Shown here: piece after piece, positions 11,548 to 25,067 of the stretch
Position numbering within the stretch: the stretch's first letter is position 1
How the letters are laid out: every line of letters begins with the position of its first letter
Source: Marsupella aquatica
Lineage: Eukaryota > Plantae > Marchantiophyta
DNA length: 64,000 nt
Assembly (NCBI GenBank): GCA_973895155.1
Contig: OZ316895.1
Span: forward strand, 990,435-1,054,434
Reading direction: 5' to 3'
Program-made: the position numbers and the translations under genes
The notes under the pieces: generated by a model
What the model saw: the letters and a program-made list of their open reading frames with translations, nothing else
Databases searched by the model: none
Told to the model about the DNA's origin: nothing

Positions 11548-13569
11548 TCAAATTCCAGGCAGATTTCCATTGGATGCACTAGTAAGGATGAGATAAGCAC
11601 AAATTACGGAAGAAGAAAAGAGGGATACCCAAGTGCCACTGGGAACAAGTTCCATTGCAGCTGTGACTGGAGACCTCTCACGGCCTTCTGCCCACAACCG
11701 AAGTCGTTCAGCTTCAGCAGCATACAGTGCTCTTCCTTCCTCGTCAAACCAGCGTCCACGTCGGATCCAAAGACTGACAATTGCGAAGACAATGCGTGCC
11801 GGAGTGAGATAGTTAACTGCTTTGCCTGTTCCATTCACGAGACGAAGATTCGGCACCAGCGCTCTGGCAACAGTCTCGGGTTGCTCACAAATAAAGTTGA
11901 ACATCTTTTTGTTTTGAAGGGAAGCTCCACTAAGAAGCAAATCAGTGAGAACCATGCCCGGAGAGGCAGTGTGAATGCCTACTTTGGAACCCTTGACCTC
12001 TTCTAGCAGAGATGCGCTCATCTGTTTCAGACCGCACTTTGTTGCTCCATATGCTGCCGTCAGAGGTGTACTCGAACCTCCTGACCCAGCTCCATCCATG
12101 TTGAAGATATGACCTCCCTTCTTCTGAGTTTGCATGACCTTGATAGCTTCCCGGGTACAAATCAAAGAGCCTGTCAAGTTGGTTGACACTATCTGTTCTA
12201 TTTCCTCACCTGAAAACTCTAACAATGGTCTGAATCCTTTGTTCACACCAGCATTGTTAATCCACAAATCGACACTTCCGAACTCCTTGACAGCATATTC
12301 AGCAAGGGCCTGAACGTCATTGCTATTCGAGACATCACATGGTATTCCTGTTACTCTAGGGTCTTTCCTTTCAGGCCTCGGTAGGCCAAATAATTCCATC
12401 CTAGCATCTGAAGTCGAAAGGCTCCCACTCATTTCCTGAATTTCTTTACGAAGCTCTTCCACAGTGTTGTCCACCGATTCAGCACTGCGAGAAGTTATCA
12501 CAACATTATCCCCATTACGCAAAAACTCCCGAGCAAGAGCTTTCCCCAGTCCACGGGTGCTTCCAGTGATGATCACATTCCGACGCCCAGCCATAGCATG
12601 CTCCTTCAACACCTGCCCAGCCCCAATCATTGACCCAATAACAACTCCAGTCAACCAACTGAAGCCAAGCACGCCTTGCTCATGAGGACTGCCACCACCC
12701 AATTCCAATCCTGCTACTAACATAGCTCCCGTCCCGCTCATGATGAATACATACTTCCCCAACTGCCTCGAGAAAGAGAAGAAATCATCTTCAGCCATGC
12801 GCCATCCATCAGCGAACTTCTTTCGCCACGGTGCAGTCGGTGAAGGGTCCGTCTGATAGAGAAAACGCAACGGGTTCCACGCTAACTTGCCGCTCGTTCC
12901 CGTTTCATCGTGAACGGTAGAGCCTCCCTCGTTAAGAGTGGCTCCACTCAGCGTCCGCACAATTGAAGTGACAAATTTTCTAGCAGCAAAGTCAAGTCGT
13001 CTGATTGGAGAAGTCGCATCATCATCGAGAACACTCTCCACCATCTTTAGATCGGAGTCAAGAGTAACATGATCAGTAGTCGGCACTCCTAACCCTTTTC
13101 CATTTCTCGTGGCCACTGACTCGAGAGGATCGTCTTCAGTAACGTTGGAAGGGAGAACATCTCGAGATGCCACTATGGTTTCCTCTTCATCCTCACCTGT
13201 ACTTGAAGTATTTGATGAATCGCTTTTGGAAGATAGTAATTTGTGTCGAAGTCTCCGAGCAGAGAATACGCTGGAATTTGAGAAATGAACAGACTGCATG
13301 TCAAAGCTGAGGTTGCAGCCCAACTGCCCCTGAGCTAAACTTGAGGACGGACGCCTAGAAACCCAACATTCATCCACGAATTGCAGCCGCGTGCCTTTAC
13401 ACCGCAGCTGAAGAACACCTAATTGCCGAGAATAGCTACAACTTACAAGCGTCGACTTTAGAGTACGGCTCAATTTTAACCTCGAACCAAACACCTCCCC
13501 GTGTTTGCTCGATGGCAAGACCTGTGAAACCCCCGCCAAAACGCTTTGCAAACCACTCAATGTGGCCAT
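11548..13569 (-). CDS. NYC1: Chlorophyll(ide) b reductase NYC1 (SDR family), single exon, 673 aa
   Basis: First ATG at 13569. Ser/Arg-rich transit-peptide-like N-terminus. Hydrophobic segments before (GVVIGSMIGA) and after the SDR domain, as in NYC1 rather than NOL. SDR motifs TGSTRGLG, NNAG, YGATK, ASPGMVLTDLLLSG. Confidence 0.92.
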   Translation of the reverse strand: MATLSGLQSVLAGVSQVLPSSKHGEVFGSRLKLSRTLKSTLVSCSYSRQLGVLQLRCKGTRLQFVDECWVSRRPSSSLAQGQLGCNLSFDMQSVHFSNSSVFSARRLRHKLLSSKSDSSNTSSTGEDEEETIVASRDVLPSNVTEDDPLESVATRNGKGLGVPTTDHVTLDSDLKMVESVLDDDATSPIRRLDFAARKFVTSIVRTLSGATLNEGGSTVHDETGTSGKLAWNPLRFLYQTDPSPTAPWRKKFADGWRMAEDDFFSFSRQLGKYVFIMSGTGAMLVAGLELGGGSPHEQGVLGFSWLTGVVIGSMIGAGQVLKEHAMAGRRNVIITGSTRGLGKALAREFLRNGDNVVITSRSAESVDNTVEELRKEIQEMSGSLSTSDARMELFGLPRPERKDPRVTGIPCDVSNSNDVQALAEYAVKEFGSVDLWINNAGVNKGFRPLLEFSGEEIEQIVSTNLTGSLICTREAIKVMQTQKKGGHIFNMDGAGSGGSSTPLTAAYGATKCGLKQMSASLLEEVKGSKVGIHTASPGMVLTDLLLSGASLQNKKMFNFICEQPETVARALVPNLRLVNGTGKAVNYLTPARIVFAIVSLWIRRGRWFDEEGRALYAAEAERLRLWAEGRERSPVTAAMELVPSGTWVSLFSSSVICAYLILTSASNGNLPGI

Positions 13570-14179
13570 GACTAATTCCACAACAAAATTCCTTCACGAA
13601 TCCAGACTCTAAACCACAAACGTTCCGTTCGCCCGCTATCTTAATCAATTGAAACTCCCCTCAGTTCAGAAATTCCTCAATGCTCCGAAGCTTTCGAAGC
13701 TCATACGAACACTTAAAGTCGACGACATGTTCATTCGAATTTTGTGACAGTATTCAATCCGAGCAGCTTCGGTTTCTAGTAGTCGGGCCGCACACCACTA
13801 CAATTTTGCTTGCACGCACGGAGAAACGCCAAACCCGAACCCTTGGCCGGTCCGAGCATGAGCGATTCTCCAATAGCCTCTGGAAAAAGAGACGTGGTGG
13901 CTAGCGTGCAAACCAACGAAATGTGCGACGGTACGTCAACACTGCTGCTGCCGTACACGGAACCCAGAGTATCAGTAGTAGTCTATCACTCTATCCGATT
14001 GTGGAAGGAGCACAATTTTCATACACCCACCATTTCGTTTCGTAGGGGAGAAAACCACGGATCTGTAGACTCTCGACACCTCCTCCTTTTTTCGTCGTCC
14101 GTTTCTTAGTGCGCGTGTGTTCGCCGTGGTCTTGACACTTTCACGGGCCCGCATTCGACTCCATATTTTGGCCCCTGCG

Positions 14180-15880
14180 GAAGAGGATCCGGAAGCTCGG
14201 ATGGACCCAGACGTTCTCTCGTCGCTCCGCATGGACTCCATAAAACGAACAAGGATGTTGCTACTTTGGAACTCTCTCCGCTGCCCATGGATTCCATAAA
14301 AGAGGAAGTGGAAGCTCGGATGGCCCGAGACGTTCTCTAGTCGCTCCCCATGGACTCCATAAAGTGAACAAGGATGTTGCTACTTTGGAACTCTCTTTGA
14401 TCCCCATGGACTCCATAAAAGAGGATCTGGAAGCTTGCATGGACCGAGACGTTCTCCCGTCGCTCCCCATGGACTCCATAAAGTGAACAAGGATGTTGCT
14501 ACTTTGGAACTCTCTTTGCTCCCCATGGACTCCATAAAAGAGGAAGTGGAAGCTCGGATGGACCAAGATGTTCTCTCGTCGCTCCCCATGGACTCCAGTG
14601 AACAAGGATGTTGCTACTTTGGAACTCTCTTTGATCCCTATGGACTCCATAAAAGAGGATCCGGAAGCTTGGATGGACCGAGGCGTTCTCTAGTTGCTCC
14701 CCATGGACTCCATAAAGTGAACAAGGGTGTTGCTACTTTGGAACTCTCTTTGATCCCCATGGACTCCATAAAGTGAACAAGGATGTTGCTACTTTGGAAC
14801 TCTCTTCGCTCCCCATGGACTCCATAAAAGAGGATCCGGAAGCTCGGATGGACCAAGACGTTGTCTCATCGCTCCCCATATATGGACTCCATAAAGTGAT
14901 GTTGCTACTTTGGACAAAGAAACTGAAGCTAGGATGGACCCAGACATGCCATCAACCCACCAGGTTTTATAGCACCTGGGACTGCCCCTTTGGTATGTTG
15001 GCTAATTGAATGAAATTCATTTGGTTTTTTCAAGCCAAAAAATGAAATGAAAGCTTGGATGGACTGAGACATTGCTCCCCAGCACTCCATAAACTGATTG
15101 ATATTCTGGATGAGGAAACAGAAGCTCGGATGGACCACTACATTGTCATTTTGCTCCCCATGGACCCCTTGAAGTGATTTTGCTACTTTGGACAGGGAAA
15201 CGAAAGCTAGGATGGACCCAGACATGGCATCGGCCCACCCGGTTTATAGCACCTCAGACCTCGGTCGTCCGGGCTGTTGCCCCTCATTTAGTCGTTTGGG
15301 GCCACACCTTTGGTATGCTGGCTAATTGACTGGAATTTGGAACAAACCCCTTAAAAGTGATTTTGCTACTTTGGATGAGGAAATGGAAGCTTGGATGGAC
15401 CGAGGTGTAGTCCCTTTGATCCTCTAGGACTCCTTAAAAGTGGAAGGATATTAAAAGCTTGAATGGACCCACACATTCACACACCCAAGGAGTAAAGGGA
15501 TTCCCTGTCCATAGATTTTGCTACTATGGACAGGGAAACAGAAGCTCAGATTTTGCTACTTTGGAAACAGAAAAGGAAGGTTGGATGGACCAAGACATTG
15601 TCCCTTGGCTCCCCATGGACTCCATAACGAGATTTTGCTAATCTGGATAAGGAATACGGAAACTCGGATGGCCCAAGACGTGGCCCTTTTGCTCCCCATG
15701 GACTCCATGAAGTGATTGCTATGTTGGATGAGGAAACGGAAGCTTGGATGGACCAAGACATTTTGCCTTTGCTCCTAATGGACTCCACATAGTGATTTTG
15801 CACCTCTAGACAAGGAAAACAAAAGCTCGGATGGACCCAGACTCTGTCCTACTGTTCCCATGGACTTCCTAAAGTGATAG
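14180..15880. repeat. Tandem satellite: ~122-bp unit built from CCATGGACTCCATAAA subrepeats, degenerating into shorter units after ~14900
   Basis: Recurring GAAGCTCGGATGGACC...CTCCCCATGGACTCCATAAAG...GTTGCTACTTTGG. Confidence 0.9.
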
Positions 15881-16789
15881 CTAGCTTCCTCAACATGTTT
15901 CTAAGTTCCCATTCTGTTGTGATTAAGTCCGTCAAGTCCAAGTGTTGTCCAAGCGCCTACATTTTGCAATGTCATGTGTAGACAAGGACATGAAATTACG
16001 CTTCCTGGATTACTCAAATATCCTCATCACAATAGAGATAGCCTCTTATTGACTCAACAATTACACAGAACAATGTGATTACACAAGACCAATTGACCAC
16101 ACAGAATTTGCAAGGAGATATGTTAATTGAAAGAGTGATAGAGTCTCACTGTCAACTTCTGTCCACACAACATAGGCTCACCCCACAATGACCAAATCTG
16201 TGACTGGTGAGTGGATACCAATTTTCCATGTCTCAAATAGTTACGAGTCCAGTTAGAGACTCTTGCAAATATTAAAATTCAGAGAAAATTTCACGTCAAC
16301 AATTAATTCATATCCGTTGGATTTTACTTATCAATGGTGGAGATTGTGCAACGTGCCTTAACACTCGTGGGACAGTTGAAGACGCTCGTGTGGCAAGCCT
16401 GAAGAAAATGTCTGGTTCATGTGCAGGAATGATACACATTCTTTGATACCCAATTTAAACAGAAACTTGCATAGTACTTTGGGCAATAAAATAAGACCAC
16501 AAGTCAATCTTAACCATTGATGTTTATTGATCAATGATGAGAATTGTGAAACGTGGATTGATGCACAAAAAACTCACTCGTGTAAGAATTGTCATGCGTG
16601 TGAGAATGGAAACACATGCAAGAATGGTGGCATGTGTGAGAATTGTAACGCATGTCAAATATGTGCTAGTTGCGTGGTCACTCAAAAACTGGTAAAAAGT
16701 AATTAAATATGTGCCAGTATTATGGGGCAACTAAGTTGACGCCAAAATCAACTTGGATCTCTAAAAAATTTCAATTATTTTTTGGTTGT

Positions 16790-17400
16790 ACCAAATGGGC
16801 TTAAAATTCTCTACAAGATAGAGGAAAGCTAGGGGAATCTATAGGGGAAGCTAAAGTTTGAGCTCTCCAATTTGTGAGTTAAAAATGAATTGATATTCCA
16901 AATTTGTCTTAAACCCATCTTAGTTACTTTACGCCTACTTTGACTGAGCCGACTAAATCAACATCAAGAAACCAAAATCTATCTGAAACTTTGTGATTCT
17001 GCATTTTCTCCTTGCCTAACCAAATGTGCCAAAAGTTGTTGAGAGATAGAAGAAAACTAGGAGAATATGTACTTAAAGTTTGAGCTCAAACTGAGGTCAA
17101 ATTTGTGAGTTCAAAATAAAACTGTACCTATACTTGAAATTAGCCCAATGTTACCCTAAGCCAACTTTCCTAAGCAAAGTAAGCTTAAGCTAGGGCCAAA
17201 ACAATCCAATCGGTGAGATTTATCATTTATGTTATTCAATCAAATGGGCTGAAAATGTTCAAAGACATAGAGAAAACTATGGGAAATCTGTGGCTAGACA
17301 TTTGAACTCAAACAAAATTCCCAATAGTGAGTTAAAAACTTTAAGATACAAACTTATTTCACCTTACTTAACCAAATGAGTTGATTTTGTTGAGAGAAGA
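16790..17400. repeat. Three diverged ~225-bp tandem units
   Basis: CCAAATG(G/T)GC...GATAGA...AAACTA...TTTGA(G/A)CTC...GTGAGTT(A/C)AAAA at ~16791, ~17020 and ~17240. Confidence 0.65.
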
Positions 17401-17594
17401 AGAGCTAGTAACGGAATACCTCCACTTTATGTTACACCAACCTTACCCTAAGCCAACTTTACCTAAGTTGAGTAAGTCAAAGCGACGTTCATAATTTAGG
17501 TCATGTCTGTGCCTTTTTAATTATGAAAAAATGGTGATGAAAAAATATGTTCAGATGATGTTAATTTAGTGTTGGGATTTTGAAACATTTTATG

Positions 17595-18195
17595 TACCTT
17601 ATCAAATGATTTTAAAGTTACAATTGGGGTCAAACATTACACCAGCCCTTAAGGATGTGTTCACTAAAGAATTTTCATTTGCAACCTTATCAATTTTAAA
17701 GTTACAATTGGGGTCAAACAGTACACCGACCCTTGCGAATGTGTGCGCCAAAATGCCTTAACTTGTAACCTTATCAATTTCAAAGTTACAATTGGGGTCA
17801 AACAGTACACCGACCCTCGCGGATGTGTGCGCCATAATGCCTTAACTTGTAACCTTATCAATTTTAGAATTACAATTGGGGTCAAACAGTACACCGACCC
17901 TTGCGGATATGTGCACTAGAATGCCTTAACTTGTAACCTTATCAATTTCAAAGTTACAATTGGGGTCAAACAGTACACTGACCCTTGCGGATGTGTGCAC
18001 CAGAATGCCTTAACTTGTAACCTTATCAATTTCAAAGTTACAATTGGGGTCAAACAGTACACTGACCCTTGCGGATGTGTGCACCAGAATGCCTTAACTT
18101 GTAACCTTATTAATTTTAAAATTACAATTGGGGTCAAAAAATACACTTGTGAATGTGTGTAGCATGATGCCTTAACTTGTAATCTTCTTGATTTT
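17595..18195. repeat. 84-bp minisatellite, ~7 copies
   Basis: Unit AAAGTTACAATTGGGGTCAAACAGTACACCGACCCTTGCGGATGTGTGC...AATGCCTTAACTTGTAACCTTATCAATTT repeats with an 84-nt period. Confidence 0.92.
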
Positions 18196-19380
18196 TAACG
18201 TAATGGCTTGTTATGTTAAGAGTAGTATCAAATGTTGATCTTGCTTCTGCTATTTCTATTGAAAAAGAAACAATAGGAAATAACTCTCAAACTCAAGTTT
18301 TCTTATGCTTTACTTTGTAGCAAGCTCCTGAGATAGAGTATTAGTGTTTACATTTTCTTTATTTGTTAAGATTTGAGAAAACATTTACAAGTCAAATATG
18401 AAGCTTAGTCCAATTTTCTGGTCAAACAGTACACTAAGTTTAGATCTGAATATCAGAATGTTGAAAATTAGAACTTTTATACTTTCTTTTATTCACAAAT
18501 AATTATCACAAATCAATGTACTAGAGGTGAAATTTTGGAACTGCATAAATGTTTGATATTCGTTTATCAAAAAAAAATTATTAGCAATCACAACTGTTAA
18601 CCATATAGAGAGAAGAGAGAGAGATTAAACCTGTATTTCAAGTGTTGTAATAAAGTTGAGTTTGCTATTGATTGCCAAATAATTTGTAAACTTTCCCAAG
18701 CTTCTCTAGCAACCAAGAAGAAAATGTTCAACTCAAGAAAGGGTCAATGGGCTCAAGAATTGAATTGAAAGGACATTGTGCCACTTCACAACTAATAAAA
18801 TCCATATAAATTGTAATCATCAAACAAAACATGCAATCGTACAAACCTACCTGGTCACACAAAGAGAGCCCTACAAAAAATACTCCACTTGATGTCCGCC
18901 TCCAAGCTTGAATGTCTCATGTAAACTCTCCTCACACCTAGTGTGAAGTATGTTGTAAACCTCACTATAATCCTCCCTAAGCACACCAAAAGAGACATGA
19001 GTCAAACCTCCAATCAATCTGCACAAGCGCCTAAACATTGAATACAACATCATTAATTAATCTTCTAACCAACCTAATTTTCTTCAGTTTATTAATCTTT
19101 ACATAATGAAGAAAGTTACATTTAATAATAAGATAAATAACATCATAAAGTACAATTTATTACAGAATCTACATCATGCAAGGAAATGAGTGTTCATACT
19201 CCCATGAAAGTTGGCCTATCTATATAACCTCTCTCTCCACAACACTAGTGATGATTCTACACTTATGGTTTTTGTCTTTGTTTTCACTTGCCATGATATT
19301 AGGATAATTAATGATGAGAATTTTATTTTACTAGTATATATATTAACAAATTGAATCTTCAAACTAAGGTGCCTAAGATA

Positions 19381-21730
19381 TGGGAAACTATGCGCTTGTT
19401 GGGGATAAGCGGAACGTTCATAAAACTAGTCAAGGCACTATTACAACAGGCATCCTCAAGGACTTACGTGAATGGGTTGCTTTCCTCTGAGATTGGACTA
19501 TCGAGGGGTGTTAGGCAGGGTTGCCCTCTTTCACCTCTTTTATTTGTGACATCAACTCAGCCTTTAATGGATTTTATGGATGCTGAGATGGAGGCAGGGC
19601 GTTTAGATGGCATTCAAGTCTCAGCGGACTTGAGGATATGCTATAGGTTCTTTGCTGATGACTTGGGGATGTTCATCCCGGCCAAGCAGAGGAGTTTCCT
19701 GAAAGCAACAGCAGTGATACAGTGCTATGAATTGGCCACGGGGGCCAGACTGAATTTGCGTAAATCAATAGTCATCCCGCTAGCACTGTTGAGTATTCCA
19801 GCATGGTTACAAGAGACTGGATGTGTGATTAGCAAGAAAGGAGAGCTACAGAAATATCTGGGTGCTCCTTTGGGGGTGGACCTGAAAACGGAACAACTGC
19901 ATAGCTTTTGTCTGGATAAAATTGGGAAGAGGTTATCTTCTTGGTCGAACAAAATGCTTACCTTTACAGGACGCTCGCTTCTGATTAGGCACATACTTCA
20001 AGCAATTCCCATTTATCATACAATGTTCCTAAAGGCGTCTGCTGGTTTGGCTAGGAAAATGACTGCACTGTGCAGGGATTTTTTATGGGGTCATAACAAG
20101 GAGGGGGCAAGCGAGTTCCGCTGGTTTCCTGGGCATGTCTCTCACGTCCCAAGTTGGATGGCGGACTGGGGTTTAAAGACTTTCGCAGTCACTCGGATGC
20201 CGGACTGGGGTTTAAAGACTTTCGCAGTCACTCGGATGCGCTGTTATCAAAATGGTTTACCTGTGCAATGGACTACCCGGATATGGAATGGGCTAGAATG
20301 TTTGCTGAAAATCTGAATAGGATAACTATAAAGAAATGCGGAGGAATGGGTATACCTTCCGGGACAAAATGGTACTTGGCTGTCCCAGGGGACTCCACGG
20401 AATGGCATATACTGGGGATCTCTGGAAGGCCTGGGAATTGCTGCGAGCCAATCTGATTTTCTGTCCCTCTGAGCGGATACCTGGTAGATGGTCGATTTGT
20501 GATGTGCTCCGATGTTTAAAGGGAACGCAGGCGTGGAGCAGTGGTGACAGGGAAGCAGTGACAGTCCTTTGTGGAAGACTGGGCATCAGGAGCACGCAAG
20601 ATTTATGGTCAAGTGAAAGGAATGGATGGCGAGGGCTGGCAGGAAGGTGGCTACATCTACGTGGATTCTCAGAGGAACACTTAACACTTGGACGCAGATT
20701 CATTGGGCTGTTAGCTGACATCCCCCACTGTGAGTGGGGGGTGGAGCCTGGGCCGGAGAGCTGGTGTTGGGCGGACAACCCTACTGCTCTCAGGAGGTTC
20801 AGAGTGTCAAATAAGAGAGCATATCAGATGCTGCGAGAGGAGGTGAGCAATTTACAGAGTTTAAATAGGACATGGGGAATTGCAAGCACGGGCGACGAAT
20901 GGAGGGCAAGGTGGGCGGGGCTGTGGGGATCGGACTTGTCAAGGAGAGCTAAGATATTTATGTGGCGTGTAGTAGCATCGGGGCTCTTCACCGGGATTAG
21001 GGCGGTCAAAATTGGTAAAGGAAATGGAGAGTGCAAGCTATGTCCTGGAACACTGGAGACTATTTCACACTTGTTCATGACCTGTCAACATGCACAGCGC
21101 TGTTGGCAGCTCTGTGCACAAAGCTTTGAGGGCATATTTGCAGATTATTCTGGGGGGCTGCTTGGGATGATAAATTCTGCTGTGGGTAAGGAATATAGGA
21201 AGATAGTTAAAGTGATTGTCTTATACCAGATATTGTGGATGATCTGGTTGGGTCGAAATGAGCATATGTTTGTGATGGGCGGGGCCAGGAGGTTTGATAT
21301 GAGGTTCACTCTCTCGGAGGCGGTGGACCATGTCACTGCGGTCGGGCTTGCACTGCCAGCGAGCAACAGACGGACTAGGCTACTGAGAGTGAAAGAGATT
21401 ATCAATGCAGAGCAGCTCACTTGGTTGAGGCGTAGAGACTGCTGGATCACATCAGGATAGTGTAGGAATGATTGATGGAAGGGTAGTAGGCTGGATAGGT
21501 GGATGGATTGCAGTAGAATAAGTTTGTTAAGGCTGTTAGGATGGTCTCTGGTTCCGGATGGCTGGTAGGAATACTAGATACCGGTGCTGTTGGTAAGCGG
21601 AGTTCAGTTGTGTGTGTTGGGCTGGGATCTGTTGTGCTGGTATTGGTGGTGACTTTTCTGTTTGTTTCCCCCCGGCCATGGGGTTTGCATGGCCCACAAA
21701 AGTTATAAAAATTCTAAAAACGTTTAAAGG
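19381..21730 (+). mobile_element. 5'-truncated L1/Tx1-like LINE (RT C-terminus and zf-RVT), frameshifted
   Basis: RGVRQGCPLSP, FADD, KYLG, GGLGFKD and CxxC...HLFMTC motifs. 15-bp TSD AAGGTGCCTAAGATA at 19366-19380 and 21731-21745. A-rich 3' end. Internal 39-bp in-frame duplication at 20162-20239. Confidence 0.92.
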
Positions 21731-23138
21731 AAGGTGCCTAAGATAGTATTACAGATAGTTATAACTAATGGCTCAATCCAAGCCATCATTTTTCTTGTGG
21801 CATACTCTTGTTATTGTAGATGAGCTTTTGATGTCATTCTTATAAATTTAATTTAATTTAATTTAATACACATAAATTTAATACAAATTTACAACACTCC
21901 TCTGAATGTACTTTGGTTATATAGTTTCATGAAAGAATTGAGCTGGACCCACATACTAGTTTTCATCCAGTTGGGAAGGAAGATGTGGAAGTGATTAATA
22001 GTCCACCTGAATGGATCTTGAGAACCATAACCTGAATTACTCACTTGAGAGTTGCCCTGAGGAAAGTTGTGATGGGCCCAAAGGTGTCTAGAAAGTCCAT
22101 CTGATGCATAATATCCTGCACATTACTTGCTACATTCACCTCCTCTGAAACACTACTTAGAATACTGATCACAAGTCAAAGCACATTCTTTTGACAAGAG
22201 ACAACTTTAGACGACTCATAGACTCATGAGTTGACCTAGTTTCCATCCTGGAAATCAAGGATTCCACCTTGATTTGTTTGTAGCCAAATTTGTAGCTCGG
22301 AGGAAACAGTAATCTCTTAACATATGGGGATGAGGATGATAAGTGCTTTTGTGCTCCTCCCTCTCTCCGTAAACTTGCCTCATCTGTCGCTTGAACTACT
22401 TTTCTTTCACATTCTCTTGAAATATTTAAATGTGCCTACTCATTGTCCAATTGCAAATTCAAAACATTGGTTACATGGTCCATTGCCAACAGAGGAATCA
22501 TTTGCAAGGCTTGTTCCTACGTTCTCCACCCCAAGCTGCAGTACTCTGTCTTTTTCCTGGATGGAGTTCAAAGGACCGTGTTGTTATGCACCGTCCCCCT
22601 CCACGAGAACTGTATGCCCTTGTAACCTAGTCTCCAACCTTGCAACAGATCCACCAAAATCAACAACCAATCCACCAGACAGTCAAAATTGTATCGTCTC
22701 CCAAATGCAAATCCACTAACAAAAACACCCCGTGCTTGATAATCCAAGTGTTACGGTCAATGGGTTGGACACGACTCATGGGTTGGACATGACTTTATAC
22801 ACTTAGTCACTGGGCTTGGTCAACACCCACTTACTGTCTTACAGTAATGGTTTCCAGTGAGCGTGGAGATTCTCTAACTAGCCCAGGTCTGGTTCATTGT
22901 GATGATAAAAGCTCTCTTTACCACTTGGGAGGTTCTGACTTCAAGTCCTTGTGTTCAGTGTGAGCTTTTGCACCAACTCAAGTCAAGTGGAGCATACCAG
23001 GCTCCTTATTGCACAAAGAAACCTTTGTTAACACTTCAAAGTAATTAGTCCTCTCATTAGCAGCAAGTGTACATGTATAGAGGGCAGCCTATGGGACCCA
23101 ATGGAAGGAAGGGCAACCTCTGGGAGATGGGACCCACA

Positions 23139-24843
23139 TCCTAAACTATAATACAATGTTGTGCCCTTTTTTGCAGTAGTCGTCGTTTAAAAATGCAGGG
23201 CCATTTTGCGTGAAAAATGAAACGGCAAAAAATGAAGGAATAAAGCCCAAAACAAATCACTGCAACCCTTTGCCGCAAAGCTGCAACCCTCTAATGCTGC
23301 TTGCAGCTCTGCGACCTTCTGTCGGCTGCGTTAGACTCTCCCCTTGCCGCACCTCGATGAGCAAGGCCAGGCATCGGGCGCCCTCCTCCCAACCCTGCAA
23401 CGCGGCCCTGCCCTCCGGATTTCAGTCCAGGCGTTTTCAACACCGGTTTCAGGTCCAGGCGCCCTCAACTTTGTCAAATAGGTGTCTTTAAACTTAGCCA
23501 ACACAGGCCCTAAGTGACCTGATTCTCATGGTTCCCACTCCCCGCCAAGCCTTCGACCTTGCCGTGATCACTTGCCACTCAGTTTAACACTCAAAGACAC
23601 ATTGGTTGGGGGCCAAAATATTGAGACCAATTGTGGTCCGGGGGTGGCAGGTCCCCAGAAGCATATATGAGGGGACCACCTCCTCTCAAACATCCAAGTT
23701 GGAAAGTCACACTAACCACACCACCACCCCAAGGGGGAATGGCATTGGCAAGCAAGGAGCCGAGTAAACATGGATGAGGTTACCAAAGGGTTTCCATGCA
23801 AGGGGTAGAAAATTTGTGCTGCTGAAAAGTCGGCCAACCCGTGCCATCGCCCCAAGGGGTCTTGGCATTGGGGCGGCAAAAGCCAAGTAAGCGGTCGTGG
23901 CAACTTTAAGTGAAACACTTAAAGTAACCAAAAATCTGGGGTTACCAATGGGGTTGGGGAATGTAAGGGGTAGGAAATGTGTGTCGTTGAAAAGTGACAA
24001 TCAATAGTCGTGTCATAGAGGCGCGGGTTCTTGCAGGCAAACATGCAGGGAACATAACGTTCATACCACGTATTCCGTTGGCGTTAGACGAGAGACTTGT
24101 TTTCAGCCTACAAAGAGTCCAATTCCTGGTTCGAGTGGCATATGCCATGACTATCAATAAGGCACAGGGTCAGACTGTAGAACATGTAGGATTACAACTT
24201 TCTAAGTTGGTTTTCAGTCATGGTCAATTGTATGTTGCCTTTTCAAGGGCAACATGTCCTACAAGGATAAAAGTGTTACTTCCAGATAGTGAAGATGGAG
24301 AAGCAAAGTTGACCAAAAATGTTGTATATGAAGTTCTCTACTAAATCAATAAAGACCTCATAATATTGTGTATTCTTTCAAAATATTTTATTGTGTGAAT
24401 GTTGTTCTTTCACTTTTGTACTTAACAACATCTTTTACCTCACAAAGTCTTTGACTAATGACATATTTTACTTATCTACCATATTGTACTTACAACATTG
24501 TTATACTTAACCAAAAAAAATTCTCAACAACATATTGGGCGACATGACATCTTTTTTCCCAACGACCTCTTGGGCGACACAACATCTTGGGCAACACGAC
24601 ATCTTTTCTCTCATCAACCTCTTGGTCAACAAGACATCTTTTCTCTCAACGACCTCTTGGCTGACACGACATCTTTTCTCTCCACAACCTCCTGGCCGAC
24701 ACAACATCTTTTCTCTCAATGACCTCTTGGCCGACACGACGTCTTATCTCTCAATGACCTCTTGGCTGACACAACATCTTTTTTTCTCAATGACATTTTG
24801 GCCGACACAACTTCTTTTGTGCAACGCATGGGTATTGAGCTAG
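23139..24843 (+). mobile_element. Non-autonomous Helitron 1 with a PIF1 helicase C-terminal remnant
   Basis: 5' A|TCCTAAACTATA. Helicase motifs AYAMTINKAQGQT, FSHGQLYVAFSR and NVVYEVL at 23994-24344. 3' GTGCAACGCATGGGTATTGAGCTAG|T. Subterminal ~35-bp minisatellite. Confidence 0.88.
23994..24344 (+). pseudogene. Helitron RepHel PIF1-type helicase C-terminal fragment
   Basis: FIPRIPL...QFLVRVAYAMTINKAQGQT...HGQLYVAFSR. Confidence 0.88.
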
Positions 24844-25067
24844 TTCTAAACTATTATACACTATTGCACCCTTTTTTGCCATGGTCGTCATTCAAAAATG
24901 CAGTGCCAAGAAAAAGGTAATCAATTAACAGAAGGGATAAAACCAAAAACAAATTAAATATAGAGTGGACCAAAAGGACAGGAAATCTTTTCACACAAAA
25001 GGAAATCAAATGGTGGAAACAAAAGACAAAAAATGGAACTAACCCTCTTACATGCACGAGTATCAAG

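Noticed and set aside
11479-12685. Plus-strand ORFs overlapping NYC1
   Set aside because: Antisense shadows of the real CDS.
14106-18146. Repetitive ORFs in the tandem arrays; CRISPR-like periodicity
   Set aside because: The units are contiguous satellites with no unique spacers and no cas genes. The ORFs are translations of the repeats.
21780-22720. Possible degraded minus-strand coding sequence
   Set aside because: Partly open frames but no recognisable motif, so no call can be supported.
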